From a virus (Duplodnaviria; Caudoviricetes), in IMG/VR virus record IMGVR_UViG_3300011339_000398, positions 1 through 25,806 of that record: a stretch of 25,806 nucleotides of DNA, one strand, 5' to 3'. Both the position numbers and the translations under genes were made by a program. A model generated the notes under the pieces. The model made no database searches, had not been told where the DNA came from, and saw only the letters and a list, made by a program, of their open reading frames with translations. This document shows, one piece after another, positions 14,993 through 23,781 of the stretch; within the stretch, counting starts at the first letter, position 1, and every line of letters starts with the position of its first letter.

Positions 14993-15516
14993 AAAATCTA
15001 TTTAAAAGCCTTGCGGAATTCCAGCAAGAAGTAAAAGTAATTCACAAAGCAACACAAGGATACGGGTATTCGTATACCGACTTACCAAAAATCTTTAGTG
15101 AAATTAATCCATTAATGAAAAAACACGGATTAGGTTTTACGCAATTGATTAACACGAACGATGGACACAATTATTTAGTAACTATTTTATTTCACGTAGA
15201 AAGCGGCGAAGTTTTAGAAAGTTCTACTTTAGTTCCTATTGTGCAACTAAAAGGAATGAACGAATACCAATGTTTTGGTTCGGGTATTACGTATTTTCGT
15301 AGGTACTGTTTGAGTTCTATTTTAGGTTTGGTAACTGACAAAGATACAAACGCTTCAGGCGAACAAGAAAAACACGAACCTAAAAAGCCCGCTATTGATA
15401 ATAAAAGATTCTTAGAAGCTCTTAAAAGCATTCAGCAAGGCGATTTTACAGTAGACAAACTAAAAGAAAAGTTTGAATTAACGAAAGAACAAACCAACGC
15501 AATAAACGAACTATGA
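14989..15516 (+). CDS. erf: ERF-family single-strand annealing recombinase
   Basis: GYSYTDL..I; GSGITYFRRYCLSSILGL..D.D is the ERF signature. Confidence 0.9.
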   Translation: MKNLFKSLAEFQQEVKVIHKATQGYGYSYTDLPKIFSEINPLMKKHGLGFTQLINTNDGHNYLVTILFHVESGEVLESSTLVPIVQLKGMNEYQCFGSGITYFRRYCLSSILGLVTDKDTNASGEQEKHEPKKPAIDNKRFLEALKSIQQGDFTVDKLKEKFELTKEQTNAINEL

Positions 15517-16184
15517 AAATAAGATGCTCGCAAATAGGTAAGATATTTACAAACCCCCGAAATAAGGGGGAATTGTTTTCACAAACTACTAAAACTTATA
15601 TTCAGGAACTTGTTTTACGTGATAAATACGGAATACAAAAAGAATTTAGTTCACGTTACACCGATAAAGGAAATGAAGTAGAAGATAAAAGCATAGAATT
15701 ATGTAATAGCGTTTTAGATTTAGGATTCCTTTGGAAAAACGAAGATTATTTTGAGAATGATTACATAACTGGAACTCCAGATGTAAACACGGATAATGTT
15801 TTATTAGATGTTAAATCAAGTTGGGACGCTACTACTTTTCCGTTTTTTGAAAGCGAATTGCCAAATAAAGATTATTACTACCAACTTCAGGGGTATATGT
15901 GGCTAACTGGAAAAGAAAAATCTTTACTATGTTACTGTTTAATAAATACACCGCCATTAATAGTTGAAGATGAAATTAGACGCGAACACTGGAAATTACA
16001 TTTAATTGAAGAGGATTTAGACTTACGCGAACACGTTTTAAAAAAGCATAACTTTGACCATATACCAATGGAAAAACGAATTAGAGTTTACGAAGTAGAA
16101 AAAAACGAAACTGTAATTGAAACTTTAAAAGAAAAAATAGAACTTGCAAGGGAATATTACGAAATGTTAATGAAGGTGCTATGA
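15513..16184 (+). CDS. Lambda-exonuclease/YqaJ-like exonuclease
   Basis: IRCS, GNEVE, GTPD, DVKSS and YYYQLQGYM motifs; adjacent to ERF. Confidence 0.85.
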   Translation: MKIRCSQIGKIFTNPRNKGELFSQTTKTYIQELVLRDKYGIQKEFSSRYTDKGNEVEDKSIELCNSVLDLGFLWKNEDYFENDYITGTPDVNTDNVLLDVKSSWDATTFPFFESELPNKDYYYQLQGYMWLTGKEKSLLCYCLINTPPLIVEDEIRREHWKLHLIEEDLDLREHVLKKHNFDHIPMEKRIRVYEVEKNETVIETLKEKIELAREYYEMLMKVL

Positions 16185-16585
16185 ATATAAAAATACAAGA
16201 TAAAATATGTTTTACGTGTAAAAAAGAAATTGCTTCACAAAAACAAAGTTATTGTTTAAAATGCCAAAAAGAAAAACATACAAGGTATAACAATAATAAA
16301 TATAAAGTAATGCCATATAACGGTTGGATATATGTTGTAGCTAATCCATCTTGGAATGGTTGGGTAAAAATAGGTAGAGCAATAAATGTAGAAAGAAGAA
16401 TAGTATGTTACAATACGTCTTCACCTTTTAGAGATTACGAACTTGTTTTTTGTACAAGAGTAAATAATCCTAATTTAATAGAAAAATACTTTTTTGAAAA
16501 ATACGGAACAGAAAATAACGAATGGTTTAATATTTCAAAAGATGAAGCAATTTATCAAATAAAAAAATTAATAGAAAGAATATGA
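16181..16585 (+). CDS. T5orf172/MUG113 (GIY-YIG-like) nuclease with N-terminal Zn finger
   Basis: CxxC...CxxC; GWIYV...WVKIG...RR...NTSSP...IE...EWF. Confidence 0.8.
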   Translation: MNIKIQDKICFTCKKEIASQKQSYCLKCQKEKHTRYNNNKYKVMPYNGWIYVVANPSWNGWVKIGRAINVERRIVCYNTSSPFRDYELVFCTRVNNPNLIEKYFFEKYGTENNEWFNISKDEAIYQIKKLIERI

Positions 16586-16773
16586 AAGATAATATAGTAA
16601 ATTCCGTTTTAGCGCAATTTAAACAGCGTTCAAGCGTAGGAATAGAAAAATACGGAACAACCTTAGACCGTAACGATTTAAGCACGTTAGAATGGCTTAA
16701 ACACGCACAAGAAGAAGCAATGGATTTTGTGTTATATTTAGAAAAACTAAAACAAGAATATGAGAATAATTGA
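16582..16773 (+). CDS. Small helical phage protein (possible MazG-like EExxD motif)
   Basis: GIEKYGTTLDRNDL..EWLKHAQEEAMD..LYLEKL. Confidence 0.65.
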   Translation: MKDNIVNSVLAQFKQRSSVGIEKYGTTLDRNDLSTLEWLKHAQEEAMDFVLYLEKLKQEYENN

Positions 16774-16852
16774 AAGATTAAGTATGTTAGTAGTAATACT
16801 AAGTTTAGCGGGCGTAATTTACGCTATTTATCAAATGGTAACTTTAAAATAA
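16760..16852 (+). CDS. Small membrane peptide (30 aa)
   Basis: MRIIERLSMLVVILSLAGVIYAIYQMVTLK. Confidence 0.45.
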   Translation: MRIIERLSMLVVILSLAGVIYAIYQMVTLK

Positions 16853-16859
16853 AATAATT

Positions 16860-17159
16860 ATGGAACAAAGTTTAACACAAGAACAATTTATAGAAATTGT
16901 AGGAGAAAAAAGTTATATAAACTTTTCAAAGGAAATTTACGATATAATAAAAAATAGTGACGCGTACAAAGAGTTAGACGATGCCGTTTTTTATATTGGA
17001 GCGACGCCATTAAACGAAACGATTTGGTTTCATTATGAAGCTAAATTAAATAAAATAGGAATGGCAGACGATTTTGGCTTTACTAAAATGGTAGTTACTG
17101 ACGATTTAGATTTTACTTTGGATAGAATTAATGACGCGAAAAGAGAAATAAATAAATAA
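16860..17159 (+). CDS. Hypothetical protein
   Basis: 99 aa ORF with an A-rich initiation region. Confidence 0.65.
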   Translation: MEQSLTQEQFIEIVGEKSYINFSKEIYDIIKNSDAYKELDDAVFYIGATPLNETIWFHYEAKLNKIGMADDFGFTKMVVTDDLDFTLDRINDAKREINK

Positions 17160-17169
17160 ATAAATAAAC

Positions 17170-17409
17170 ATGGACACAAAAAACAACAGTGGAGCTATCT
17201 TTAAAAACACGAACAAGAAAGCCGAAACACACCCAGACTACAAAGGAAAAGTAAACGTAAACAACAAAGAAATGGAAATTGCGTTATGGGTAAAACAAAG
17301 TAAAGACGGTAAAATATATTTTAGCGCAAGCTTCAGCGAGCCGTATGTTAAACAAGAAACACAAAGCGCACCAATGCCACCAATAGTAAACGACGATTTA
17401 CCGTTCTGA
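17170..17409 (+). CDS. SSB-like single-stranded DNA-binding protein (DUF736-like)
   Basis: HPDYKG...IALW core and acidic DDLPF C-terminal tip. Confidence 0.75.
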   Translation: MDTKNNSGAIFKNTNKKAETHPDYKGKVNVNNKEMEIALWVKQSKDGKIYFSASFSEPYVKQETQSAPMPPIVNDDLPF

Positions 17410-17410
17410 T

Positions 17411-17614
17411 ATGTATATTCAGGATAAATTACTTCGTGAACGGCTTAAAAAGATGCTGAAAACACGAACAAAAAGTAAAATAGTAAACGAAATAAAGCAA
17501 GGTGAAGTAAAATTTCACCAATATAGCTTAGATAATTTCTTAAACGGAAAAGATATAAACATATCTACGTTCAAAAAGTTAGAAAAGTATGTTTTAGCGA
17601 ACGAAACTAATTGA
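17411..17614 (+). CDS. Putative HTH transcriptional regulator
   Basis: 67 aa; SLDNFLNGKDINISTFKKL resembles an XRE-type HTH. Confidence 0.55.
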   Translation: MYIQDKLLRERLKKMLKTRTKSKIVNEIKQGEVKFHQYSLDNFLNGKDINISTFKKLEKYVLANETN

Positions 17615-17620
17615 TTTTAA

Positions 17621-17647
17621 ACCCGTCTTAATGGCGGGTATTTTTTT
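17621..17647 (+). terminator. Rho-independent terminator
   Basis: ACCCGTC-ttaat-GGCGGGT hairpin followed by A and T7. Confidence 0.8.
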
Positions 17648-17678
17648 ATTTAAAATATTGTGTTTAATTTTACGTCAA

Positions 17679-18218
17679 ATGAATGATAAGTTTTTAACCG
17701 ATTTAGCAAAGCACCATAACGAATGGATTAAGATAGTTCGCGGCTTTGGTGAATATTTTTATACTGAAGATATAGTTCAAGAAATGTATATTAAGCTATC
17801 AAAACACGAAAATTCAGATAGGTTTTATAAAAACGGAACTATCTACAAAGGATTTGTTTGGATTACATTGCGTAATATGTTTGTTGACTACCAAAAAGTT
17901 AAACTACGATTAGAAAAAGTTAGCATAACTGAAGCTATTCAGCTAAAAGACGAAAGCGAAAGCGACGAAAAGACGAACGCAAAGAATTTAATGGATATAA
18001 AAATAAACAATGTAGTAGACGGATGGCACTGGTACGATAAAATGTTATTCAACTTGTACAGAAGTTCAGGCTTAAGTTACCGACAAATAGAAAACGAAAC
18101 GGGTATAAGCTTCAAAAGTGTTTACAGTACAATAACTAATTGTAAAAAGTCACTAAAACACGAAGTTGGCGAATGTTATCAGGATTTAATGAATGAAGAT
18201 TTTGAACTAATAAAATAA
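17679..18218 (+). CDS. ECF-like RNA polymerase sigma factor
   Basis: Region 2 EDIVQEMYIKL...TLRNMFVD; region 4 HTH GLSYRQIENETGIS.KSV. ATG 17679 is preferred because ATG 17631 lies inside the terminator. Confidence 0.85.
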   Translation: MNDKFLTDLAKHHNEWIKIVRGFGEYFYTEDIVQEMYIKLSKHENSDRFYKNGTIYKGFVWITLRNMFVDYQKVKLRLEKVSITEAIQLKDESESDEKTNAKNLMDIKINNVVDGWHWYDKMLFNLYRSSGLSYRQIENETGISFKSVYSTITNCKKSLKHEVGECYQDLMNEDFELIK

Positions 18219-18221
18219 ATT

Positions 18222-18599
18222 ATGGGTAGACCAAGAAAAAAAGCCGTAGGATTAGGCGATACGGTAGAAAGTATTTTAGCAGCTACACACGTAGATAAAA
18301 TGGCTAAATGGTTATTAGGGGATGACTGCAAATGTGAAGAACGTAAAAAGAAACTAAACGAATTATTTCCATATCGTAACCCTGAATGTTTAGAAGAACC
18401 TGAATATAGATTTCTAAAGGAATGGTTCGACAAAAACACGAACGTAGTAAAACCAAGTGAACAAGCTACTATGTTAAAAATACATAGTAGAATATTCAAA
18501 GTAAGAAACGAACCTACTTCATGCGTTCCTTGTCTATTAGATAAAGTAAACCAATTAAGAACTGTTTATAACGAATACAATGCCGATACCAACGCCTAA
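18222..18599 (+). CDS. Hypothetical Cys-containing phage protein
   Basis: GLGDTVE...DCKCEERKKKLN.LFPY...CVPC. Confidence 0.7.
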   Translation: MGRPRKKAVGLGDTVESILAATHVDKMAKWLLGDDCKCEERKKKLNELFPYRNPECLEEPEYRFLKEWFDKNTNVVKPSEQATMLKIHSRIFKVRNEPTSCVPCLLDKVNQLRTVYNEYNADTNA

Positions 18600-19011
18600 A
18601 ACTTCAGAAAAGCAAAGCGAGTTCATGCAAAGATGCATGGGGGATGAAAAGATGGTTAATGAATACCCAACCGAACAACGGGCCGCAGTTTGTAGAACGG
18701 CGTTTGAAGAAAAATTAGCTACTGAAAAAGTTAGTTTTGATTACGACGGTACGTTAACAACGGCAAAAGCTATGAATTTAGCGCTTAAGTATATTGAACA
18801 AGGCGTAGACGTTTATATTATTTCAGCACGTTTAGAAAAAGACGGAATGATAAATAAAGCGAATAGAATAGGAATACCTGAAAGTAGAATATACGCAACC
18901 GGTAGTAATAAAGCTAAAATAGAAAAAGTAAAAGAATTAGGTATAACAATTCACTACGATAATAACAAAGACGTTATAAACGAACTCGGAGAAATAGGAA
19001 GATTAATTTAA
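18580..19011 (+). CDS. HAD-like phosphatase domain fused to a small N-terminal two-Cys domain
   Basis: HAD motifs FDYDGTL, IISAR, K, HYDNN; N-terminal MPIP.P...EF.QRCM...QR.AVC. Confidence 0.75.
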   Translation: MPIPTPKTSEKQSEFMQRCMGDEKMVNEYPTEQRAAVCRTAFEEKLATEKVSFDYDGTLTTAKAMNLALKYIEQGVDVYIISARLEKDGMINKANRIGIPESRIYATGSNKAKIEKVKELGITIHYDNNKDVINELGEIGRLI

Positions 19012-19033
19012 CTATAAAAACACGAAATATAAA

Positions 19034-19462
19034 ATGGCAAAAGTAGGAAGACCAAGAAACTTAGATAGTCCCGAACAACTATACGAACTATTCTCTAAGT
19101 ACAAACAAGATGTAAAAGCAAACCCAAGAATAAAAAGCGTATTCGGTGGAAAAGAGTTTGAGGAACGCGCTGAGCCTTTAGAACGTCCGTTAACTATGGA
19201 AGGTTTCGAAATATATTGCTGGGACAAAGTAGGCGAAGTTGAAGATTATTTTAAGAATAGAGATAAAAGATACGAAGAATATACCCCCATCTGTTCGCAT
19301 ATAAGAAAAGAAATACGACGCGACCAAATCGAGGGTGGCATGGTAGGGCAGTACAACCCAAGCATTACACAACGTCTAAACAACCTGAAAGAACAAGTAG
19401 AACAAACCAATATTGAACAACCGTTATTTAAATTAAATGATAGTAACGACGGCAATTCGTAA
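19034..19462 (+). CDS. terS: Terminase small subunit
   Basis: GRP...SPEQL...RPLTMEGF...QIEGGMVGQYNP (P22 gp3-like); overlaps the large-subunit start. Confidence 0.85.
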   Translation: MAKVGRPRNLDSPEQLYELFSKYKQDVKANPRIKSVFGGKEFEERAEPLERPLTMEGFEIYCWDKVGEVEDYFKNRDKRYEEYTPICSHIRKEIRRDQIEGGMVGQYNPSITQRLNNLKEQVEQTNIEQPLFKLNDSNDGNS

Positions 19463-20594
19463 AATAGAAGCGTTAAAAAAACGGATTAAAATAATTCAGG
19501 GTGGAACTTCAGCGGGTAAGACTTATGGAATATTACCGTTACTAATTACAAAGGCTGCAACGTATCCACGTTTAGAAATAAGCATAGTAGCTGAAAGTAT
19601 TCCACACCTTAGACGGGGTGCGCTAAAAGACTTTCTAAAGATAATGAAAGACACGGGGCGCTACTTTGAAGAACGTTTCAATAGAACCTTACTACGATAC
19701 GAATTCGGCAATGGTAGTGTAATTGAGTTTTTTAGTGCTGATGATTCCAGCAAATTAAGGGGTGCGCGACGTGACGTGTTATACATTAATGAGTGTAACA
19801 ATGTCACTTTCGAATCTTATAATGAGTTAGCTATTCGTACAAAGAAAGAAGTGTATTTAGACTTTAATCCAGCTAATGAATTTTGGGTACATAAGGAACT
19901 AAAAGACGAACCCGAAAGCGACTTTCTAATTTTAACCTATAAAGACAACGAAGCGTTAGACCAATCTATTATTTCACAAATAGAAAAGAACCGCGATAAA
20001 GGACTTACAAGCGCATATTGGGCGAATTGGTGGAAAGTATACGGGCTTGGTGAATTGGGTTCGTTAGAAGGCGTTATATTCAGTAATTGGAAAACAATGG
20101 ATACTATACCAACTGAAGCGAAATTGGTAGGAATAGGATTAGACTTTGGATACACGAACGACCCAACCGCAATAATAGAAATATACAACTACAATAACAC
20201 ACGAATAGTAAACCAACTTAAATATCAAACGGGCTTATTAAACTCAGATATTGCAAAGTTACTACCAAAAGACGTAATTGTATATGCTGATAGTTCAGAG
20301 CCTAAAAGTATTGAGGAAATAAGACGTTACGGAATAACTATAAAAGGCGTTACAAAGGGCAAGGATTCAATTAACTACGGAATAGACGTAATGCAGCGAC
20401 AAAGCTATTTAGTAACGTCTAACAGTACGGATTTAATAAAAGAATTACGATCTTATACGTGGGACGTAGATAAACAAGGGACGCGTTTAAATAAACCTAT
20501 TGATAATTTTAACCATGCTATTGATGCTTTACGCTATCATGAAATGGAAAGTTTAGGAATGAACTCGAATTATGGACAATATTTTATTAGATAA
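19437..20594 (+). CDS. terL: Terminase large subunit (PBSX/SPP1-like)
   Basis: Walker A GGTSAGKT, Walker B LYINE, DFNP coupling motif, nuclease motifs GLDFG and NHAIDALRY. Confidence 0.95.
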   Translation: MIVTTAIRKIEALKKRIKIIQGGTSAGKTYGILPLLITKAATYPRLEISIVAESIPHLRRGALKDFLKIMKDTGRYFEERFNRTLLRYEFGNGSVIEFFSADDSSKLRGARRDVLYINECNNVTFESYNELAIRTKKEVYLDFNPANEFWVHKELKDEPESDFLILTYKDNEALDQSIISQIEKNRDKGLTSAYWANWWKVYGLGELGSLEGVIFSNWKTMDTIPTEAKLVGIGLDFGYTNDPTAIIEIYNYNNTRIVNQLKYQTGLLNSDIAKLLPKDVIVYADSSEPKSIEEIRRYGITIKGVTKGKDSINYGIDVMQRQSYLVTSNSTDLIKELRSYTWDVDKQGTRLNKPIDNFNHAIDALRYHEMESLGMNSNYGQYFIR

Positions 20595-20603
20595 TATACA
20601 CTA

Positions 20604-20777
20604 ATGACAGACGAACTACCAGCAATGATGCGCACTGTTGAGCAATTCATTCAGGATAAAACGGGAAAGAAAGTTAAAATAATATTTAACGACCCTATGA
20701 ACATGAGAAAACATATAATAATGTTAAACGAAGCATACAACATTGCGCTTGCTTACTACGATAATTTAAAAAAATAG
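20604..20777 (+). CDS. Hypothetical protein (57 aa)
   Basis: MTDELPAMMRTVEQFIQDKTGKKVKI...; fills the gap between terL and the next gene. Confidence 0.6.
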   Translation: MTDELPAMMRTVEQFIQDKTGKKVKIIFNDPMNMRKHIIMLNEAYNIALAYYDNLKK

Positions 20778-20790
20778 TTATAATAATATG
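20755..20790 (+). promoter_or_regulatory. Putative late promoter (ACTAC-N17-GTTA-N7-ATG)
   Basis: GTTA at 20777-20780, ATG at 20788; same spacing as the elements at 192 and 2850. Confidence 0.5.
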
Positions 20791-21528
20791 AAAACTGAAA
20801 TTCAAGTACCTACTAAACTTTCTGAAATTCCTTTACGGAGTTACCAAGAATTCATGAAGGTAGTTTCAAATTCAAACGATGAAGAATTTATTGCACAAAA
20901 AACGATTGAAATATTTTGTGGCTTAAATCTACGCGATGTAATAAAAATTAAATGGAGTGACGTTAAAGATTTAGCGGTACACTTTAATACATTGTTTCAG
21001 GAAAAACCAAAATTCCAAGCAACGTTTAAAATCGAGAATATGGAGTTTGGGTTTATACCAAACATGGAAGATATTACATTCGGTGAATATATCGACTTAG
21101 AAAGTAATATAACAAGCGTAGACACTTTTCACAAAGCAATGGCGGTAATGTACCGTCCTATCAAAAGACGAACAAAAGATAAGTACGAAATAATACCTTA
21201 CACCGGAACGGATGAATTCAGCGACCTAATGAAATTTGCGCCTTTAGATATTGTAATGGCTGCAAGTGTTTTTTTTTGGAATTTAGGAAACGACTTAGTA
21301 AACACTTCGCTTACTTATTTGGAAACGGAGATGAACAAGAACCCGAAACTAATGACTTCAGCGAACGAACTCAGTTTGGAAAACAGTGGGGTTGGTATAA
21401 CTCTATCTATGCAGTCGCTAAAGGGGACGTTACAAAGTTTGACGAAGTTACAAAATTGGGACTTAGAAAGTGTCTTACCTTCCTTACTTACGAAAAGCAA
21501 CGAACCGAAATTGAACAAAGAGAATTAA
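20788..21528 (+). CDS. Tail assembly chaperone (G-like, zero-frame product)
   Basis: 246 aa; contains a G-T9 slippery run at 21268-21277 (VFF); first gene of the tail operon. Confidence 0.65.
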   Translation: MKTEIQVPTKLSEIPLRSYQEFMKVVSNSNDEEFIAQKTIEIFCGLNLRDVIKIKWSDVKDLAVHFNTLFQEKPKFQATFKIENMEFGFIPNMEDITFGEYIDLESNITSVDTFHKAMAVMYRPIKRRTKDKYEIIPYTGTDEFSDLMKFAPLDIVMAASVFFWNLGNDLVNTSLTYLETEMNKNPKLMTSANELSLENSGVGITLSMQSLKGTLQSLTKLQNWDLESVLPSLLTKSNEPKLNKEN

Positions 21529-21551
21529 ATAGAAAATTTAAACATGGCTAA
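21276..21551 (+). CDS. -1 frame C-terminal portion of the tail assembly chaperone (GT-like fusion, ~254 aa total)
   Basis: The -1 frame ORF begins exactly in the T9 run, has no ATG start, and its stop overlaps the next gene's ATG. Confidence 0.7.
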   Translation: MEFRKRLSKHFAYLFGNGDEQEPETNDFSERTQFGKQWGWYNSIYAVAKGDVTKFDEVTKLGLRKCLTFLTYEKQRTEIEQRELNRKFKHG

Positions 21552-21999
21552 TTATTACAATATTTTAGATACACTACGAACTCATTTAGAAAATGACGCA
21601 ATAGTAAACACGGTTACAACTGGGGATATATTCCAAGTCGATTTGGCTAAACAGACAATATTTCCTTTGTCACATATCATGGTTAATTCAGCTGCGTTTG
21701 AGGGCAATGTAATTCGTTTTAATATTAGCTTATTAGCTATGGATATTGTCGACCTATCAAAAGACGAAGCAATAGAAATATTTTTAGGTAATGACAATGA
21801 ACAAGATGTATTAAATACACAATTAGCAGTAGTAAACAGACTGTACGAAATGTTAAGACGTGGCGATTTATATTCGGATAATTTCATGGTAGACGGTAAC
21901 CCAACGTGCGAACCATTTGCAGAAAGATTTGAAAACTATTTAGCGGGTTGGACTATGACTTTCGATGTTTTAGTAGGTAACACAATGACAATTTGCTAA
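21544..21999 (+). CDS. Tail terminator/completion protein (probable)
   Basis: 151 aa acidic alpha/beta pattern typical of lambda gpU / SPP1 gp17-like proteins; in the tail operon. Confidence 0.55.
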   Translation: MANYYNILDTLRTHLENDAIVNTVTTGDIFQVDLAKQTIFPLSHIMVNSAAFEGNVIRFNISLLAMDIVDLSKDEAIEIFLGNDNEQDVLNTQLAVVNRLYEMLRRGDLYSDNFMVDGNPTCEPFAERFENYLAGWTMTFDVLVGNTMTIC

Positions 22000-22187
22000 T
22001 GAGAAAGTTTAAAAAAACGTTAGACCATTTAATAGAAGCTAATCCTGAAGGGAACGATTTTCTTTGCAGCTTAGATTATAAGAAATATGCGAGTATTTTA
22101 AATTTCACGTATAAGGGCTTTAATATTGTTTGCAGTAATAAAGTGCCAAAAGACGGATTATACTTTCTTAAATACGAATTAAAGTGA
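21999..22187 (+). CDS. Hypothetical protein
   Basis: TAATG-coupled start at 21999; 62 aa. Confidence 0.55.
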   Translation: MRKFKKTLDHLIEANPEGNDFLCSLDYKKYASILNFTYKGFNIVCSNKVPKDGLYFLKYELK

Positions 22188-22708
22188 GTGAAACGTTAAA
22201 AGCCTTGCAAAAATTCAGAGACTTAGTAGTAAGTGAAGCACGATCGAACTTACGGGAAAAGGGCAAAGACACAACTAAGAAACTTTCTAATTCAATAGAA
22301 GGCACTGTAAAACAAATGCCTAATTCAATAGGTGTTTATTTTAGTATGTTACCATACGGTAATTTTCAGGATAAAGGAGTAAACGGAATAGTTAAAAAAC
22401 ACGGTGCGCCTTATTCGTTTAAAAAAGGTTTTCCAAATAGAGAAATGTTAGCTTCTTTAGATAAATGGATAATTAAAAAAGGATTAGCCCCACGAAGTAA
22501 AACGGGTAAGTTTACAAGTCGATTAGGTTTAAAATTTGCCATTGCTAAAAGCATATTTAAAAAAGGCATTAAACCAAGTTTATTTTTTACTAAGCCATTT
22601 GAAAAGGCGTACAAAACGTTGCCTGATGTATTAATAGATAAATACGGATTAGATGCCGAACAACTGTTAAACCAAATATTAGACCAAAATTTAAAGAATA
22701 TAAAATGA
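22184..22708 (+). CDS. Tail completion / neck protein (HK97 gp10-like, probable)
   Basis: Basic protein with L.NSI, YG.FQDKG and GIKPSLFF.KPF motifs. Confidence 0.65.
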   Translation: MSETLKALQKFRDLVVSEARSNLREKGKDTTKKLSNSIEGTVKQMPNSIGVYFSMLPYGNFQDKGVNGIVKKHGAPYSFKKGFPNREMLASLDKWIIKKGLAPRSKTGKFTSRLGLKFAIAKSIFKKGIKPSLFFTKPFEKAYKTLPDVLIDKYGLDAEQLLNQILDQNLKNIK

Positions 22709-23781
22709 GTATTTTCGCACGAAGTCCGTACATAGTTACGATTAATGAAGCATTACAAGAAGGCAGTAAAATTGAATTGTTTATATGGAACGGTACGGGC
22801 AGCGCACCAACCGATCCAACTTATATATTAAGTAAATTAATACCGGCTTCAAATAACCTAAAGACGGAATATAATATAAGCCCTTACATACGTGAATTTA
22901 TAACTTGGAATATAAGACAAACACCTTATAATACAACTTCAGCAAGTCAAATAACACAATACACAAACGTAAAAGTAAAACGATATAAATTAGCTTCAGG
23001 AACTTACACGCTTTTAGATACTACTGATTATAAAGCATACGATGGTTTTGGGTATTACGAACAAGGTTACAACCCTACTTTAATGTACGATATATTACAC
23101 GACGAAGGTACGTTTAACTACGCTTATGATTCTACAATAAATCCAAGTTTAAGCGGTAATATAAATTATCGTGGCGGTTTTATAATGGTTAAAACGGGAA
23201 ATGGATATAAAACAAAACATACTAATTTAATAACGGGTGCAAGTAATACAACTAACCTAACAAATAACGTAATATTAGATGTTTTAAGGGTGTATTCTTT
23301 ATATTATAGTGACGGTAATAAGCTTGAAATTTTAGATAATTCAAACGCAGTTATTTGGACGGGTATTTTTAAACCTTATTTAAATTGTAAATATACACCC
23401 GTAGTTTGTGACTTTGTAAATAAATACGGATGCTGGCAAAGAACTTGGTTTTATGCTGCGAGTAATGATACGTTAAACGTAGAAAGTCAAGAATATAATT
23501 TAATGCAAACGGCTACTTCAGGTTATAATTTAATCGAAGGTCAAAAACACGTATTCAACAATAACGGAAAAAAGTCTATTAAAGTAAATACTGATTGGGT
23601 AGATGAAAGTTATAACGAACTTTTACGACAAATAATGTTGAGCGAAAAGATTATTATTAATAATTACCCAGCTAAATTAAATTCTAAATCTACGGAATTA
23701 TTCAAGTCTATAAATACTAAAATGATTAACTACCAATTAGAATTCGAGTTTGCATACGACATAATTAATTCAGTTGTGTAA
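22705..23781 (+). CDS. Tail/baseplate structural protein
   Basis: 358 aa beta-rich protein with a FVNKYGCWQ motif; in the tail operon. Confidence 0.6.
   Translation: MSIFARSPYIVTINEALQEGSKIELFIWNGTGSAPTDPTYILSKLIPASNNLKTEYNISPYIREFITWNIRQTPYNTTSASQITQYTNVKVKRYKLASGTYTLLDTTDYKAYDGFGYYEQGYNPTLMYDILHDEGTFNYAYDSTINPSLSGNINYRGGFIMVKTGNGYKTKHTNLITGASNTTNLTNNVILDVLRVYSLYYSDGNKLEILDNSNAVIWTGIFKPYLNCKYTPVVCDFVNKYGCWQRTWFYAASNDTLNVESQEYNLMQTATSGYNLIEGQKHVFNNNGKKSIKVNTDWVDESYNELLRQIMLSEKIIINNYPAKLNSKSTELFKSINTKMINYQLEFEFAYDIINSVV

Larger units (their letters stand above)
14578..14997. repeat. Perfect 23-bp direct repeats flanking a two-ORF cassette
   Basis: AAAAAACAAAGTATATGAAAAAT at 14578-14600 and 14975-14997; each copy contains a start codon. 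Confidence 0.85.

Noticed and set aside
17147-17169. (AAAT)n microsatellite
   Set aside because: Explained as an A-rich translation initiation region typical of Bacteroidota genes.
8759-17620. Lysogeny module (integrase, divergent repressor) or tRNA genes
   Set aside because: No recombinase motifs, divergent gene pair or cloverleaf seen; lifestyle cannot be determined from this window.
17631-17678. N-terminal extension of the sigma ORF
   Set aside because: It translates the terminator hairpin and T-run; ATG 17679 is the more plausible start.
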